A stretch of DNA of 59,256 nucleotides, counting the filler. It is 7 parts of 7 records of this genome, joined end to end, with 100 filler letters (N's around TTAATTAATTAA, not from the genome) between each part and the next. Parts side by side here need not be neighbours in the genome. Positions count along the whole stretch, not along the records: positions 5,203 to 15,680 come from SRR31156797_35217; positions 15,781 to 21,498 come from SRR31156797_35221; 5 more parts are not named here. One strand, written 5' to 3'. The notes beneath the pieces are model-generated. The model searched no databases. It was given only the letters and a program-made list of their open reading frames with translations, and had not been told where the DNA came from. The position numbers and the translations under genes were made by a program. Every line of letters starts with the position of its first letter. Positions within the stretch are counted from its first letter, which is position 1. This document shows positions 8,556 through 17,960 of this stretch, in pieces.

Positions 8556-9086
8556 ATGAACCTGAAAAAAAAGATTTTATGTTTACTTGTCCTGCTGACG
8601 TTTTCGCCTTGCCTGTCTGCAACTGTTTTCGCAAAGGAAAATGGAGCCGGGATCAAGACAAAAAAGCAGGTTGTGACAGATGGCAGAGCCGGAGTGCCCC
8701 AAATGAGCGCTGGAGAGCTGAAGCACTGGATGGATTCCAGTAAAAAGTACGTACTCGTGGATGTTCGCACGGAAAGAGAACGCGACGCAGGATATATAAG
8801 CGGATCGGTATGGCTGCCGAGGGGGGTGCTGGAATTCAAGATTCAAAGTGTCTGCCAAGATGCCGAAACGCCCCTTGTTGTATACTGCAGGAAGGGCGGC
8901 CGTTCCGTTCTGGCTGTCAAAGCCTTGCAGGAATTGGGTTATTTGAATGTCAGTAATCTTGATGGAGGCATAAACGCATGGGGAGAAAAAGGCTACTCTC
9001 TCTTTAACTGGCATGGCGAAATTAAAGTAGTTGCTTTCGATAAAAAAGACCCTGACCTGTCGACCTATGACATTTTCAAAAAATAA
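8556..9086 (+). CDS. Rhodanese-like sulfurtransferase domain protein with signal peptide
   Basis: VLVDVR..E...GYI.GS, active-site loop YCRKGGRS and LDGGINAW. RBS AAGGAGG. Confidence 0.9.
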   Translation: MNLKKKILCLLVLLTFSPCLSATVFAKENGAGIKTKKQVVTDGRAGVPQMSAGELKHWMDSSKKYVLVDVRTERERDAGYISGSVWLPRGVLEFKIQSVCQDAETPLVVYCRKGGRSVLAVKALQELGYLNVSNLDGGINAWGEKGYSLFNWHGEIKVVAFDKKDPDLSTYDIFKK

Positions 9087-9122
9087 GGATTTCCTGTCCC
9101 TGGTCAGGGATAGGAAATCCTT
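9085..9122. terminator. Bidirectional intrinsic terminator-like hairpin
   Basis: AAGGATTTCCTGTCCCTG-GT-CAGGGATAGGAAATCCTT between convergent genes. Confidence 0.75.
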
Positions 9123-9127
9123 TCTTA

Positions 9128-10243
9128 TCAACAGGAGCTTAGCGCTTCCCGCTCCTCGTCAAAATCGGCAAAGGACAGGGCCGTCTGCCTGAACTGCTCT
9201 TCAAGTTCCAGAAAGGCGTCCGTGATGTCCGGATCAAAATGCTTCCCCCTGCCTTCGGCAATGATCTTCACAGCCTTTGGGTGGGGGAAGGGCGGTTTGT
9301 AAATCCGTTTGCTGATCAGGGCGTCATAGACATCGGCCAGGGCCATGAGTCTTCCCGACAGGGGAATTTCCTCCCCGTGAAGTCCTTCCGGGTACCCGGT
9401 GCCGTCCCACTTCTCATGGTGGCTGTAGGCGATTTCCCTGGCAAGGGTCAAAAATGTGTTGTCCCCGGGAATGTGGGCCGCGTTCACAAGGGCGTCCCTG
9501 CCGTAAACGGTGTGCCGCTTCATCTCTTCAAACTCTTCCTCCGTAAGGCGGCCCGGCTTGAGCAGGATGCTGTCGTGGACCCCCACCTTGCCGATATCGT
9601 GGAGGGGGGCGCATTTGTACAGAAGCTCGATGGTCGCGTCGTTGAGCTGGTGCCGGAACCGTTCATGGTGCTTCAGGCGGGTGGCGAGCAGTCTGACATA
9701 ATTCTGGGTCCGCCTGATATGCCCGCCGGTTTCCGGGTCCCGGGTCTCAGCCAGGTTCGTGAGGCTGAAGATGGCCTGTTCCTGGGTCAGGGCAAGTTCC
9801 CGGGTGCGCTCCCGTACCCGCTGTTCCAGGAGCTCTTTCTGGTGCAACAGCTGGTCGTTGGCACGTTTCAACCGCAGATGGTTCGCAATCCGGGTCTTGA
9901 CCCGCGGGGGGCTGATGGGTTTTGTGATATAGTCCACGGCCCCCAGTTCAAATCCCCGGATCTCCTCTTGGGTGTCATTCATGGCTGTCACGAAAATGAC
10001 CGGAACTCCCCGGCTCTTCCCATTGGCCTTGATTCGCCTGCACACCTCATAACCGTCCATGCCGGGCATCATCACATCCAGGAGCACCAGGTCCGGCAGG
10101 TTGTTTGCCATGTCTTCCAGGGCGGTTTCCCCGCTTGTGGCCACGCTCACTTGATAATCATCACCCAGGATATCCACCAGGATATCGATATTTGTTTCAT
10201 TATCATCCACAACCATGACGTTGCATTGGGATAAATCTTCCAT
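9128..10243 (-). CDS. Response regulator with HD-GYP c-di-GMP phosphodiesterase domain (RpfG family)
   Basis: REC domain (VVDD, LLDVMMP, DYITKP) plus LHDIGK, HHEKWDGTGYP and ADVYDAL. Confidence 0.93.
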   Translation of the reverse strand: MEDLSQCNVMVVDDNETNIDILVDILGDDYQVSVATSGETALEDMANNLPDLVLLDVMMPGMDGYEVCRRIKANGKSRGVPVIFVTAMNDTQEEIRGFELGAVDYITKPISPPRVKTRIANHLRLKRANDQLLHQKELLEQRVRERTRELALTQEQAIFSLTNLAETRDPETGGHIRRTQNYVRLLATRLKHHERFRHQLNDATIELLYKCAPLHDIGKVGVHDSILLKPGRLTEEEFEEMKRHTVYGRDALVNAAHIPGDNTFLTLAREIAYSHHEKWDGTGYPEGLHGEEIPLSGRLMALADVYDALISKRIYKPPFPHPKAVKIIAEGRGKHFDPDITDAFLELEEQFRQTALSFADFDEEREALSSC

Positions 10244-10249
10244 TGCTGT

Positions 10250-13042
10250 TTACCTTTGAAACTTCAATTGATTGATGAGAGATTCAAGAACGGTCTGACT
10301 CTCTTTGAACTTATAGGTTTTGATCAGTTTTTCCAGCCGGGTCAATTCTGCTGCCCCTTTGCCGTGACAGCAGCGTTGTTTCGCCTGCTCCAGGATTTTC
10401 CGGCAGGGTTTTGGCTGGCGTTTGCCGACATGAATAGCCAACTCTTCCAGGGTTGTCAACAGCTCTTTGCTGTCCGGGCCCGGCTGGCCATCCGGCTCCG
10501 AAACCGTGGCAGGTTTCACTGGAACGCTTGCCGGTTCAGGCCCGAGATTCGTTATTGTCAGCTGTTCCATGGGAGCGTCCGGGCCCCGGTCCGGGGATAC
10601 CCCTTCCCCGGGCAGGCCGAACCGGGCCGTAAACCTGAATACGCTGCCTTTTCCAGGGGTGCTCTCCACGGTGATCTTTCCGCCCATGAGCGCCACCAGG
10701 CGCTTGCTGATGGTCAATCCAAGGCCGGTTCCCCCGTATTTGCGTGTGGTGGAGACGTCGGCCTGGCTGAACGGTTTGAACAGTTTCTCTTTCTGTTCCC
10801 TTGTGATCCCTATGCCCGTGTCATGGACGCTGAACTTCAGGGTGGCCGTGGCGGTTTCCAGTTTTTCCGGCGCGATGGCGATGTTGATCGTCCCGGCTTC
10901 CGTGAACTTGATGGCGTTGTTTACAAGGTTGGTGAGCACCTGCCCCAGGCGCAGGGGATCGCCCATGAGCACCGGCGGAATCGTTCCCATGGTCCGGATC
11001 TCGACAGCCAGGCCTTTTTCCCGGGCCCCAAGGCAGACCAGGCTGGAAATGGATTCGATCACCTTATCGATCTCGAATGGCACGGATTCGAGTTCGATTC
11101 TTTGGGCATTGAGTTTTGAGACGTCCAGGATCTTGTTCAACAGCCCCATGAGCAGATGGGAGGACGATTCTATCTTGCTGATGTACTCATGCTGTTTTTC
11201 GGTCAGTTTCGTCTGCAGGGCAAGGTGGGTGAGTCCGATAATGGCGTTCATGGGGGTCTTGATCTCATGGCCCATGCCTGCGAGAAGGAAGCTCTTGGCC
11301 TTGCTGGCCTCCTCGGCCAGGCGCCTTGCCCTGTGAAGTTCCGATTCAATCTCTTTCCGTTTGGTAATGTCGTCCACAATGCCAAAGGAGCCCTGTTTTT
11401 TTCCGGATTTATCATAATAGGGGGATGCGGCCCAGCAGACCGTAATCTGTCGGCCATCCTCCTTGGTCATGCATAACTCATAGTTGCTTTTTTTGCCCAG
11501 GTCCCGCAGTTTCAGCTGCTCCTTGAAAATAGCGGTGTTCTTTGGGTCCAGGAATTGGTAGATATTCATTCCCATGAGCCGTGCTTTCTCCTGGTTGAGA
11601 ATTTCGCACATGGCCGGGTTCAGGTCTTTGATCACGGCATCATTGTCGACGAAGATAAATCCCCGGCTGGAGCCTTCGAGAATGCTCTTCAGGTAATCCT
11701 GATTTTGTTTCAATGCGGCTTCAGCCTGCTTTTGACCGGTGATATCGAGGATGATCCCATCGATCCACTGGATTTCTCCCCGGGCGTCTTTCACCGATGT
11801 CCCCCGTTCAAGGAGCCGGCGGATTTCACCATCTGCCCGGATGATCCTGTACTCAATTTCAAAGCAGCCCTCTTTTTCCCGGGCCTTGGCCCGGATGGCC
11901 TTGAAACGCTCCTTGTCTTCGGGATGGATGATGGACAGATAGGACCGGCGGTTGTTTCTAAAATCCGAACCGGGGTATCCCGATATCTCTTCCACCTTGT
12001 CGCTGATAAAGTAAGCGGTGTTTTCAGAATTGCAGGGGAGGCTGTATACGATTCCCGGCAGGTTTGAAACCAGGGCGCGAAAGCTCTGCCGGCTCTTTTC
12101 CAGGGCGCTTTCCGTGCGCCTGTGCTCGGTTATCTCCAGGGAGAGCCTTTTTTTCCACTTGAGGAAGATAAAAATCACGAATACGGAGACCGCCAACAGG
12201 GTGGCAATGCTTGTGATGATTCGGCCAACCCAGTCCAGTTCCGGTTCAAACGGCGCCCCGAACCACTTGTCGTAGATTTCGTTTTTTTCTTTATGCGACA
12301 GGAGCGTAAGTTGCTTGTCAAGGATGGTGACAAGTTCGGGCCAGTCCTTGCGAACCCCGATGGAAAGCTCGTATTCATAGGGGGTAAGGGCTGCGACCTT
12401 CAGGTGGAGCAGCCCCATCTTGCGGGTCAGATAGCTGATCGGGGCAAGGTTTCCCACCACGGCATCCGCCTTTCCATGGGCAACGGCTTTCAGGGCCGTC
12501 CCGATATTCTCCGTCAGCAGCAGGCGAAGACCGGGGTAATCTTTCCGGAGGAATTCCTGGGGATAGCTGTTTTGCGGTGTGGCGACGACCTGGTTCTCCA
12601 GGTCCTTGAGACCGGTGATTTTTGGCGAATTCTCCCGGGTCATGATGACGATGGGAAAGTCCAGAAACGGCCGGGTAAAGAGCATATGTCTGGACCGTTC
12701 AGGGGTATTGACGGAAAAGGGCAGCATATCCACTTCTTTTGAGGCGGCTTTTTCAGTCACTTCTCTCCAGTTCCTGAACTTGAGCGGGGTGATGGTGATG
12801 TTCAGCTGCCGGGAAATGAGCCGGGCATAATCCGATGCCATTCCCGAATAGGTGCCGTTTGCATCGACAAATTCAAGGGGCGGCCAGTTGGGATCCACAC
12901 CAACCCTGATCACAGGGTGATCCTGAAGCCATTTTATCTCGTCCGCCGTGAGCGCCGTTTCATTCCCGGTCTCCGGGAAGGCCTGGGCGGCAAAGAGGGT
13001 GAGGGCGGCTGCGATTATCGTAATCCGGATAGTATTCTTCAT
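10250..13042 (-). CDS. Sensor histidine kinase: periplasmic SBP family-3 domain, TM, two PAS/PAC, HisKA, HATPase
   Basis: VGVDPNWPPLEF (SBP), H-box HEIKTPMNAI, NLVNNAIKFT, DTGIG and GGTGLGL. ATG at 13042 overlaps the LysR stop (ATGA). Confidence 0.9.
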   Translation of the reverse strand: MKNTIRITIIAAALTLFAAQAFPETGNETALTADEIKWLQDHPVIRVGVDPNWPPLEFVDANGTYSGMASDYARLISRQLNITITPLKFRNWREVTEKAASKEVDMLPFSVNTPERSRHMLFTRPFLDFPIVIMTRENSPKITGLKDLENQVVATPQNSYPQEFLRKDYPGLRLLLTENIGTALKAVAHGKADAVVGNLAPISYLTRKMGLLHLKVAALTPYEYELSIGVRKDWPELVTILDKQLTLLSHKEKNEIYDKWFGAPFEPELDWVGRIITSIATLLAVSVFVIFIFLKWKKRLSLEITEHRRTESALEKSRQSFRALVSNLPGIVYSLPCNSENTAYFISDKVEEISGYPGSDFRNNRRSYLSIIHPEDKERFKAIRAKAREKEGCFEIEYRIIRADGEIRRLLERGTSVKDARGEIQWIDGIILDITGQKQAEAALKQNQDYLKSILEGSSRGFIFVDNDAVIKDLNPAMCEILNQEKARLMGMNIYQFLDPKNTAIFKEQLKLRDLGKKSNYELCMTKEDGRQITVCWAASPYYDKSGKKQGSFGIVDDITKRKEIESELHRARRLAEEASKAKSFLLAGMGHEIKTPMNAIIGLTHLALQTKLTEKQHEYISKIESSSHLLMGLLNKILDVSKLNAQRIELESVPFEIDKVIESISSLVCLGAREKGLAVEIRTMGTIPPVLMGDPLRLGQVLTNLVNNAIKFTEAGTINIAIAPEKLETATATLKFSVHDTGIGITREQKEKLFKPFSQADVSTTRKYGGTGLGLTISKRLVALMGGKITVESTPGKGSVFRFTARFGLPGEGVSPDRGPDAPMEQLTITNLGPEPASVPVKPATVSEPDGQPGPDSKELLTTLEELAIHVGKRQPKPCRKILEQAKQRCCHGKGAAELTRLEKLIKTYKFKESQTVLESLINQLKFQR

Positions 13043-13914
13043 TGGTTTGCCATGAATTGGGTTTTTGTCAGCTTGATCAGTTCCTTCATTGCGGGGGAGA
13101 TCCATTTGCCCCTGTGATGGGCGATCTGGAGGAGAACGGGATCATTGGTTTGCCAGGGAATCGTTCGAACAAGATCCTGCTCGATCTCCCTGTTGACCAC
13201 GATGGTCGGCAGGAACGAGATGCCAAGGCCGCACAGGATGTATCGCTTAATCACCTCCACGCTGGACGTTTCGATGATGTTCTCGGGCTCGATCCGCTTT
13301 TGTGCAAGCATGTCCGTGAAAATCTTCCGGTAGCTGCATCCCTTTTCCGTGCAGAGAACGGCATGGTCCCGGGCGTGGGTAAGCTCTTTATCCGGGTAGT
13401 CCCCGGGCAGGATGATGCCCATGGGCTCCGCCATCAGGGGCTCGATGACAAGATCCCGGTCCGTGCGCTCCTGTTCCAGCAGCAGGGCGATGTCCAGTTC
13501 CCCTGCCTTGAGTGCGGCCCTCATCTCCCGGCAGGTGGCGTTCACCATGATGATTTCAACCCCCGGATAGAGCTGTTTGTAACGTTTCAGCACCGGTGAA
13601 AACCGGTAGAGCATGGTGGATTCCGGGACCCCGATCCGGATCCTGCCCGAGGGCATGGACGTGTCCTGTCTAAGGTCACAAACACGGTCCCAGGCGTCCA
13701 GCAGGGTCTGGGCCTGCCGGTAGACCTCCCTGCCAAAGGCGTTGACCACCACACGCTTGCCGATCCTGTCAAACAGGGGCTGTCCGTAGAAGCTCTCCAT
13801 GGCCTGGATATGGGAGGTGACAGACGACTGGGCGTAGTTGAGCACTCCGGCCGCCTTGATAAAGCTGCCAACGTCCACAATGGTCTTGAATGTCTTGAAA
13901 TGGCGAATGTCCAT
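13039..13914 (-). CDS. LysR family transcriptional regulator
   Basis: HTH GSFIKAAGVLNYAQSSVTSHIQAME...LFDR, followed by a substrate-binding domain. Confidence 0.95.
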   Translation of the reverse strand: MDIRHFKTFKTIVDVGSFIKAAGVLNYAQSSVTSHIQAMESFYGQPLFDRIGKRVVVNAFGREVYRQAQTLLDAWDRVCDLRQDTSMPSGRIRIGVPESTMLYRFSPVLKRYKQLYPGVEIIMVNATCREMRAALKAGELDIALLLEQERTDRDLVIEPLMAEPMGIILPGDYPDKELTHARDHAVLCTEKGCSYRKIFTDMLAQKRIEPENIIETSSVEVIKRYILCGLGISFLPTIVVNREIEQDLVRTIPWQTNDPVLLQIAHHRGKWISPAMKELIKLTKTQFMANQ

Positions 13915-14053
13915 GGGGTCTCCTTGTTGAAAGTCAGGGGGCTTATATCAAAAACGCTGAATAAATCAATCGAAAAATTCGGTTTTACAGATATGAGACT
14001 CCCTGGTAGGGTCGCCAGTCAATATTGACACATCCACAAAAAGGAGATGGCTG

Positions 14054-15295
14054 ATGCAACAGAAAAAACTGGGACCCCTGCTCTTGAGCGCATTGATGAC
14101 CGGTCCCATCCTCGGGTCGGGGATCATTATCCTGCCGCCCATTGCCCAGGCGCTCTTCGACAGGTTCGCCATACTTGCCTGGGGGGTGATGATGTGCCTT
14201 GGCGGGCTCTTTGCCATGGTGTTCGCAAACCTGGCCCTGAAGTTCCCCGGGGCGGAAGGCGCCGCCATCGCCGTCAGAAAGGCCTTTGGGGCCCGGATCG
14301 CCTCCCTTGCCGCCACCTATGTGATCCTGGCGGTCTGTGCAGGCCCCGTGGGCATACTGATCACGGCCGCGGAAACCGTTGTCCGTGCCTTTTCCCTGCC
14401 CCAACCCTTGCTGCCCGGTGTGGTGGCGCTGCTGCTCCTTGTTTCCGTCACCCTGCTGCTGAGGGAGGTGACGGCGGTGGGGAAGATCCTGCTGGTTGCA
14501 AGCTCCGCCATTGCCCTGGCCCTGGTGGGGGGAAGCGCCATGACCATTGCCTCATCGGGCATGGACCTTGCCGGCACCGGCGGCCTTGACCCGGTCCGGT
14601 TTGTCCGGGATCTGCCCATCCTGTTCTGGGCCATCACCGGATGGGAGATCCTCGGCAACTACTCTTCGGAGGTGAACGATCCCAAAACCACCATTCCCAG
14701 GGCCGCCGTGTTCAGTGTGGCCGGGATCAGCTTTGTCTACATCCTTGTGGCCCTGGCCCTGAACGCCCTGGACAGCCCGGACTCCGGTGTGGCCGGGGTG
14801 CTCGCCCCCCTGCTGGGAGCCGGGTCGGATACGGCCCTGATGGTCATGACCCTGGCCCTGTGCCTCTCCACCTACCTGATGATCGTGGGAGGGGTGGCCC
14901 GGCTGATCCGGACCCTTGCCCGGACCGGCAGACTTCCCAACGCCCTTGGCCGGGAGAATCAACAGGGGGCGCCCCGGGGAGGAATTCTTGTCCTGGCCGC
15001 TGTCCACGGCCTGGTCATCCTGCTCCTTGCGTTTCATCTGGCCTCCCTGGAATCGATCATCTCCTTTGCGAACATCTTTTTCCTGGCCAATGCCCTGGTC
15101 GGCATCCTTGCCGCGGTACGATTGTCATCCTCCCTGGGGTTCCGGCTGCTGGCGCTCCTTCCGGGGACAGGCTTTCTCGCCCTGATCCTGGTTTCCTCCC
15201 CCTGGCTGCGCTGTCTTCTGGCGGGTGTGACCCTGGTTTTTCTTGCCGTCAGTGCCCAAAGATCGAGGGTTCAATCCGGGCCTTCCACTCCTTAA
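14054..15295 (+). CDS. APC family amino acid permease (YjeH-like exporter)
   Basis: GPILGSGIIILP, FWAITGWE...SSEV.DPK.TIPRA and about 12 TM segments. Divergent from the LysR gene. Confidence 0.85.
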   Translation: MQQKKLGPLLLSALMTGPILGSGIIILPPIAQALFDRFAILAWGVMMCLGGLFAMVFANLALKFPGAEGAAIAVRKAFGARIASLAATYVILAVCAGPVGILITAAETVVRAFSLPQPLLPGVVALLLLVSVTLLLREVTAVGKILLVASSAIALALVGGSAMTIASSGMDLAGTGGLDPVRFVRDLPILFWAITGWEILGNYSSEVNDPKTTIPRAAVFSVAGISFVYILVALALNALDSPDSGVAGVLAPLLGAGSDTALMVMTLALCLSTYLMIVGGVARLIRTLARTGRLPNALGRENQQGAPRGGILVLAAVHGLVILLLAFHLASLESIISFANIFFLANALVGILAAVRLSSSLGFRLLALLPGTGFLALILVSSPWLRCLLAGVTLVFLAVSAQRSRVQSGPSTP

Positions 15296-15436
15296 TTTGT
15301 ATTTTTTCCGGTTTTACCGGTTTTCCATATAGCCAGAAGGCATGGAATTGTGTTAATGAAGAACTCTTACACTTATTCAGATTACTGGTTTTTTTCAGTA
15401 TCGGTCACAAAACATATACAAGCAAAGGAGTGAACA

Positions 15437-15680
15437 ATGAAAAACGTTGGAATTGTTGGTTGGCGCGGGATGGTTGGTTCCGTACTGCTGGAAAGAATGA
15501 TCAAGGAAGATGATTTCAAGAAGTTCACCCCGCTTTTTTTCACCACCTCCCAGGCCGGAATGAAGGCGCCTGACGTGGGAGTCGACGCACCGCCCCTGGT
15601 GGATGCCTATGACATCGACGCATTGATGGGCATGGACATCATCGTTTCCTGCCAGGGCGGCTCCTACACCGAGGCAGTTC
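15437..15680 (+). CDS. asd: Aspartate-semialdehyde dehydrogenase (3' truncated)
   Basis: VGIVGWRGMVGSVL...FFTTSQAG...DIIVSCQGGSYT. Confidence 0.93.
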
Positions 15681-15780
15681 NNNNNNNNNNNNNNNNNNNN
15701 NNNNNNNNNNNNNNNNNNNNNNNNTTAATTAATTAANNNNNNNNNNNNNNNNNNNNNNNNNNNNNNNNNNNNNNNNNNNN
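15681..15780. other. Artificial contig spacer
   Basis: N runs plus TTAATTAATTAA. Confidence 0.99.
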
Positions 15781-17611
15781 CGGCATCACCAAGAGTGCCG
15801 CCGTATGCCGGCTGTCGCCAGCTGACGCGAACCGTGCCGTTGCCCAGATTGCGTACCGCCAAGTGGGTTGGCGGTTCGGGCAGGAGGGTGTCGTTCAGGC
15901 TTTGGGAAGAGTATGGTCCATCATGGTCGTTGTACCACCACTTCACGGTTGCCTGGTAGATGGAGCGTGCCATCATGTCCCGGAATCGTGGATCGAGGAT
16001 CGATTCAGCATCGACTTCACTGTCATGAAACGCTGTTTCGACCAAGACACCGGGGGTTTCGTTGTTATAGCTTGGATTGAGCTCGCCAAACCAGGCCGTG
16101 TAGAGGTTGGTCGGCCAGCTCGGGTCGTTCCAGTCTGCCCGGAGGTCGGTTCGGATTTCGCTTTCCATGCGGACGGCAAGTGAATCAGAGCCAGCGATAC
16201 CGCTGAATTCACCAAACGGGCTGGGTGGGCCGTTCGGGCCGTAGACATAGATGTCGGTTCCGTGTCCTACCCATGAGCTGCCCGTGGCGTTCGAGTGCCA
16301 GGAGATGTAAATGGCGTCTTCCCAGCTTTCACGTTCCCAGTCCACGTATTTGGGCATAGCGGAGACCGTGCCTCCGTTGTTGCCTGTATTGCCCATGAAG
16401 GGGGCGAAGTACAAGCCGGATTCTTCCCAGCGGGGATGACCGCTTGTTCCGGAGCCACCTCCGAAACGGACAGCGTCTGCGATGACGTACTTGTCGGTTT
16501 CCGTTCCCTGGTTCGAGAGTACGACGGAACCGATACTGGCGTCCCGTCCGTTTTCGAAGTGGTACATGCCGATGAAACGCCAGGTGTTACCATCCTGCTG
16601 CATGTTGATGACATGCTCGGTTGTTCCACCCGTATGGTTGACGCGGACCTTTGCTTGCGTTGCGCGGTTGGATGAGGAAGGCGTCCAGACGTAGACTGCG
16701 TAGAAATCGGAGGTCGGGAACGAAGGTGCGTACGTTGCCGTAGCGGTTTCGGTTGTGCTGACGGCGCTGTATTTGTATTCGGTACCGTACCAGTTGCCGG
16801 CTGCAGATCCGTTGGTCCATGTGCCGGTCGTGGTGAAGGATGGGGAAGCGTCACTGTTGTCCACAATGACCATGTTGGTGTTCATGTCGCGTTCGCGACA
16901 GGGCCAGACATTTGCGCCGGCGTTATGGAAGTAGCGGGCCAGATGGAGCAGGCAGGCTTCGCCGTTGCTGTGATCTTCGATGATTCCCCAGCTGTTTCCG
17001 CGCTGGGTGGCCCATCTTCCAAGTGTGTCCGAGTAGTACCAGCCGTGTCCCGGGCTGATGAATACCGTCTTTCCAGTGAGGGCGCCCTGAGGCTGTCCCG
17101 GGTTGTAGGTTGGGATTCCACCACCGCGGAGACCTGTTGGTTCCGGTTTTTCGATCTGCGGGGGAGGGGCAGGAAGATATTCAGGGAGAGGTTTGTATTC
17201 GGCGTTGGGGTCGCCTTCAGGACGTGCCCAGATGCCGAATCCTTTGAGGTTCTCTACTCGTCCCAGGACATCTGCCTGCTCGCGCAGGATGATTTCGCAT
17301 GATTCTTCGCTGAGGTTTTCCAGGAAATCAGATGGCAGCGTCAGGAAGACACCTGCGAAATTTTCTTTGACTTCTGCTTTTTCCAGAACGGTCGTCGCCG
17401 GAAGAATCGTCGTGATGCCCTGGTTGCGAAGTCCATTGCTGAGCCAGGTTTCCGTCAGTTCGGGAACCTGCTCCTGTGCGAAAGAACCTGTAGTTGCCGG
17501 GATCGGCAGAGGTTCTTTCTCGCCAGCGGCGAGCGATGCCAGTGGTACGCAAAGGCATATGAGTAAGGCTATTCGATTCAGATTCAGTTTCATTTTGGTG
17601 TTTTGCTCCAC
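15781..17611 (-). CDS. Secreted N-acetylmuramoyl-L-alanine amidase (Amidase_3) with inserted golvesin/xanthan-lyase-type CBM-like domain and FN3 (3' truncated)
   Basis: Zn motifs ISPGHG, ISWHSNA and VLVETAFHD. Inserted VIVDN...YAVYVW...NMQQDGNTW...VIADAVRFGGG domain. PEPPTHLAV...VRVSW begins an FN3 domain. Confidence 0.8.
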
Positions 17612-17960
17612 GCGTAAAATCAGTGATGAACCCCAAACTCCGATAAACTTCTACCGGATCCCACCTTATTGTATCACATCGGCATTCCGGAAATCCGAAT
17701 GAGGGTACAAAATCTTTCGATTTGACCATATGGAAACACTGTTAATCCTTGTTGTTCCTGACGTATGCAGTCAGTGAGAGCATCTCCAAGGGAAACAGGT
17801 TCTGTTGTAAATGGTTTTTCTGTAATGGATTATGTCCTCTGTTCTTCAGGGAGTCTTCTGGGATCACATTGGAACCCGATTGCGTCAGAATGTGTACCGG
17901 GATCGAAATTTGTTTGATTGTTCTATTGAATTGTCGCTTTTCTGAGGATGTCTGTCTCTC

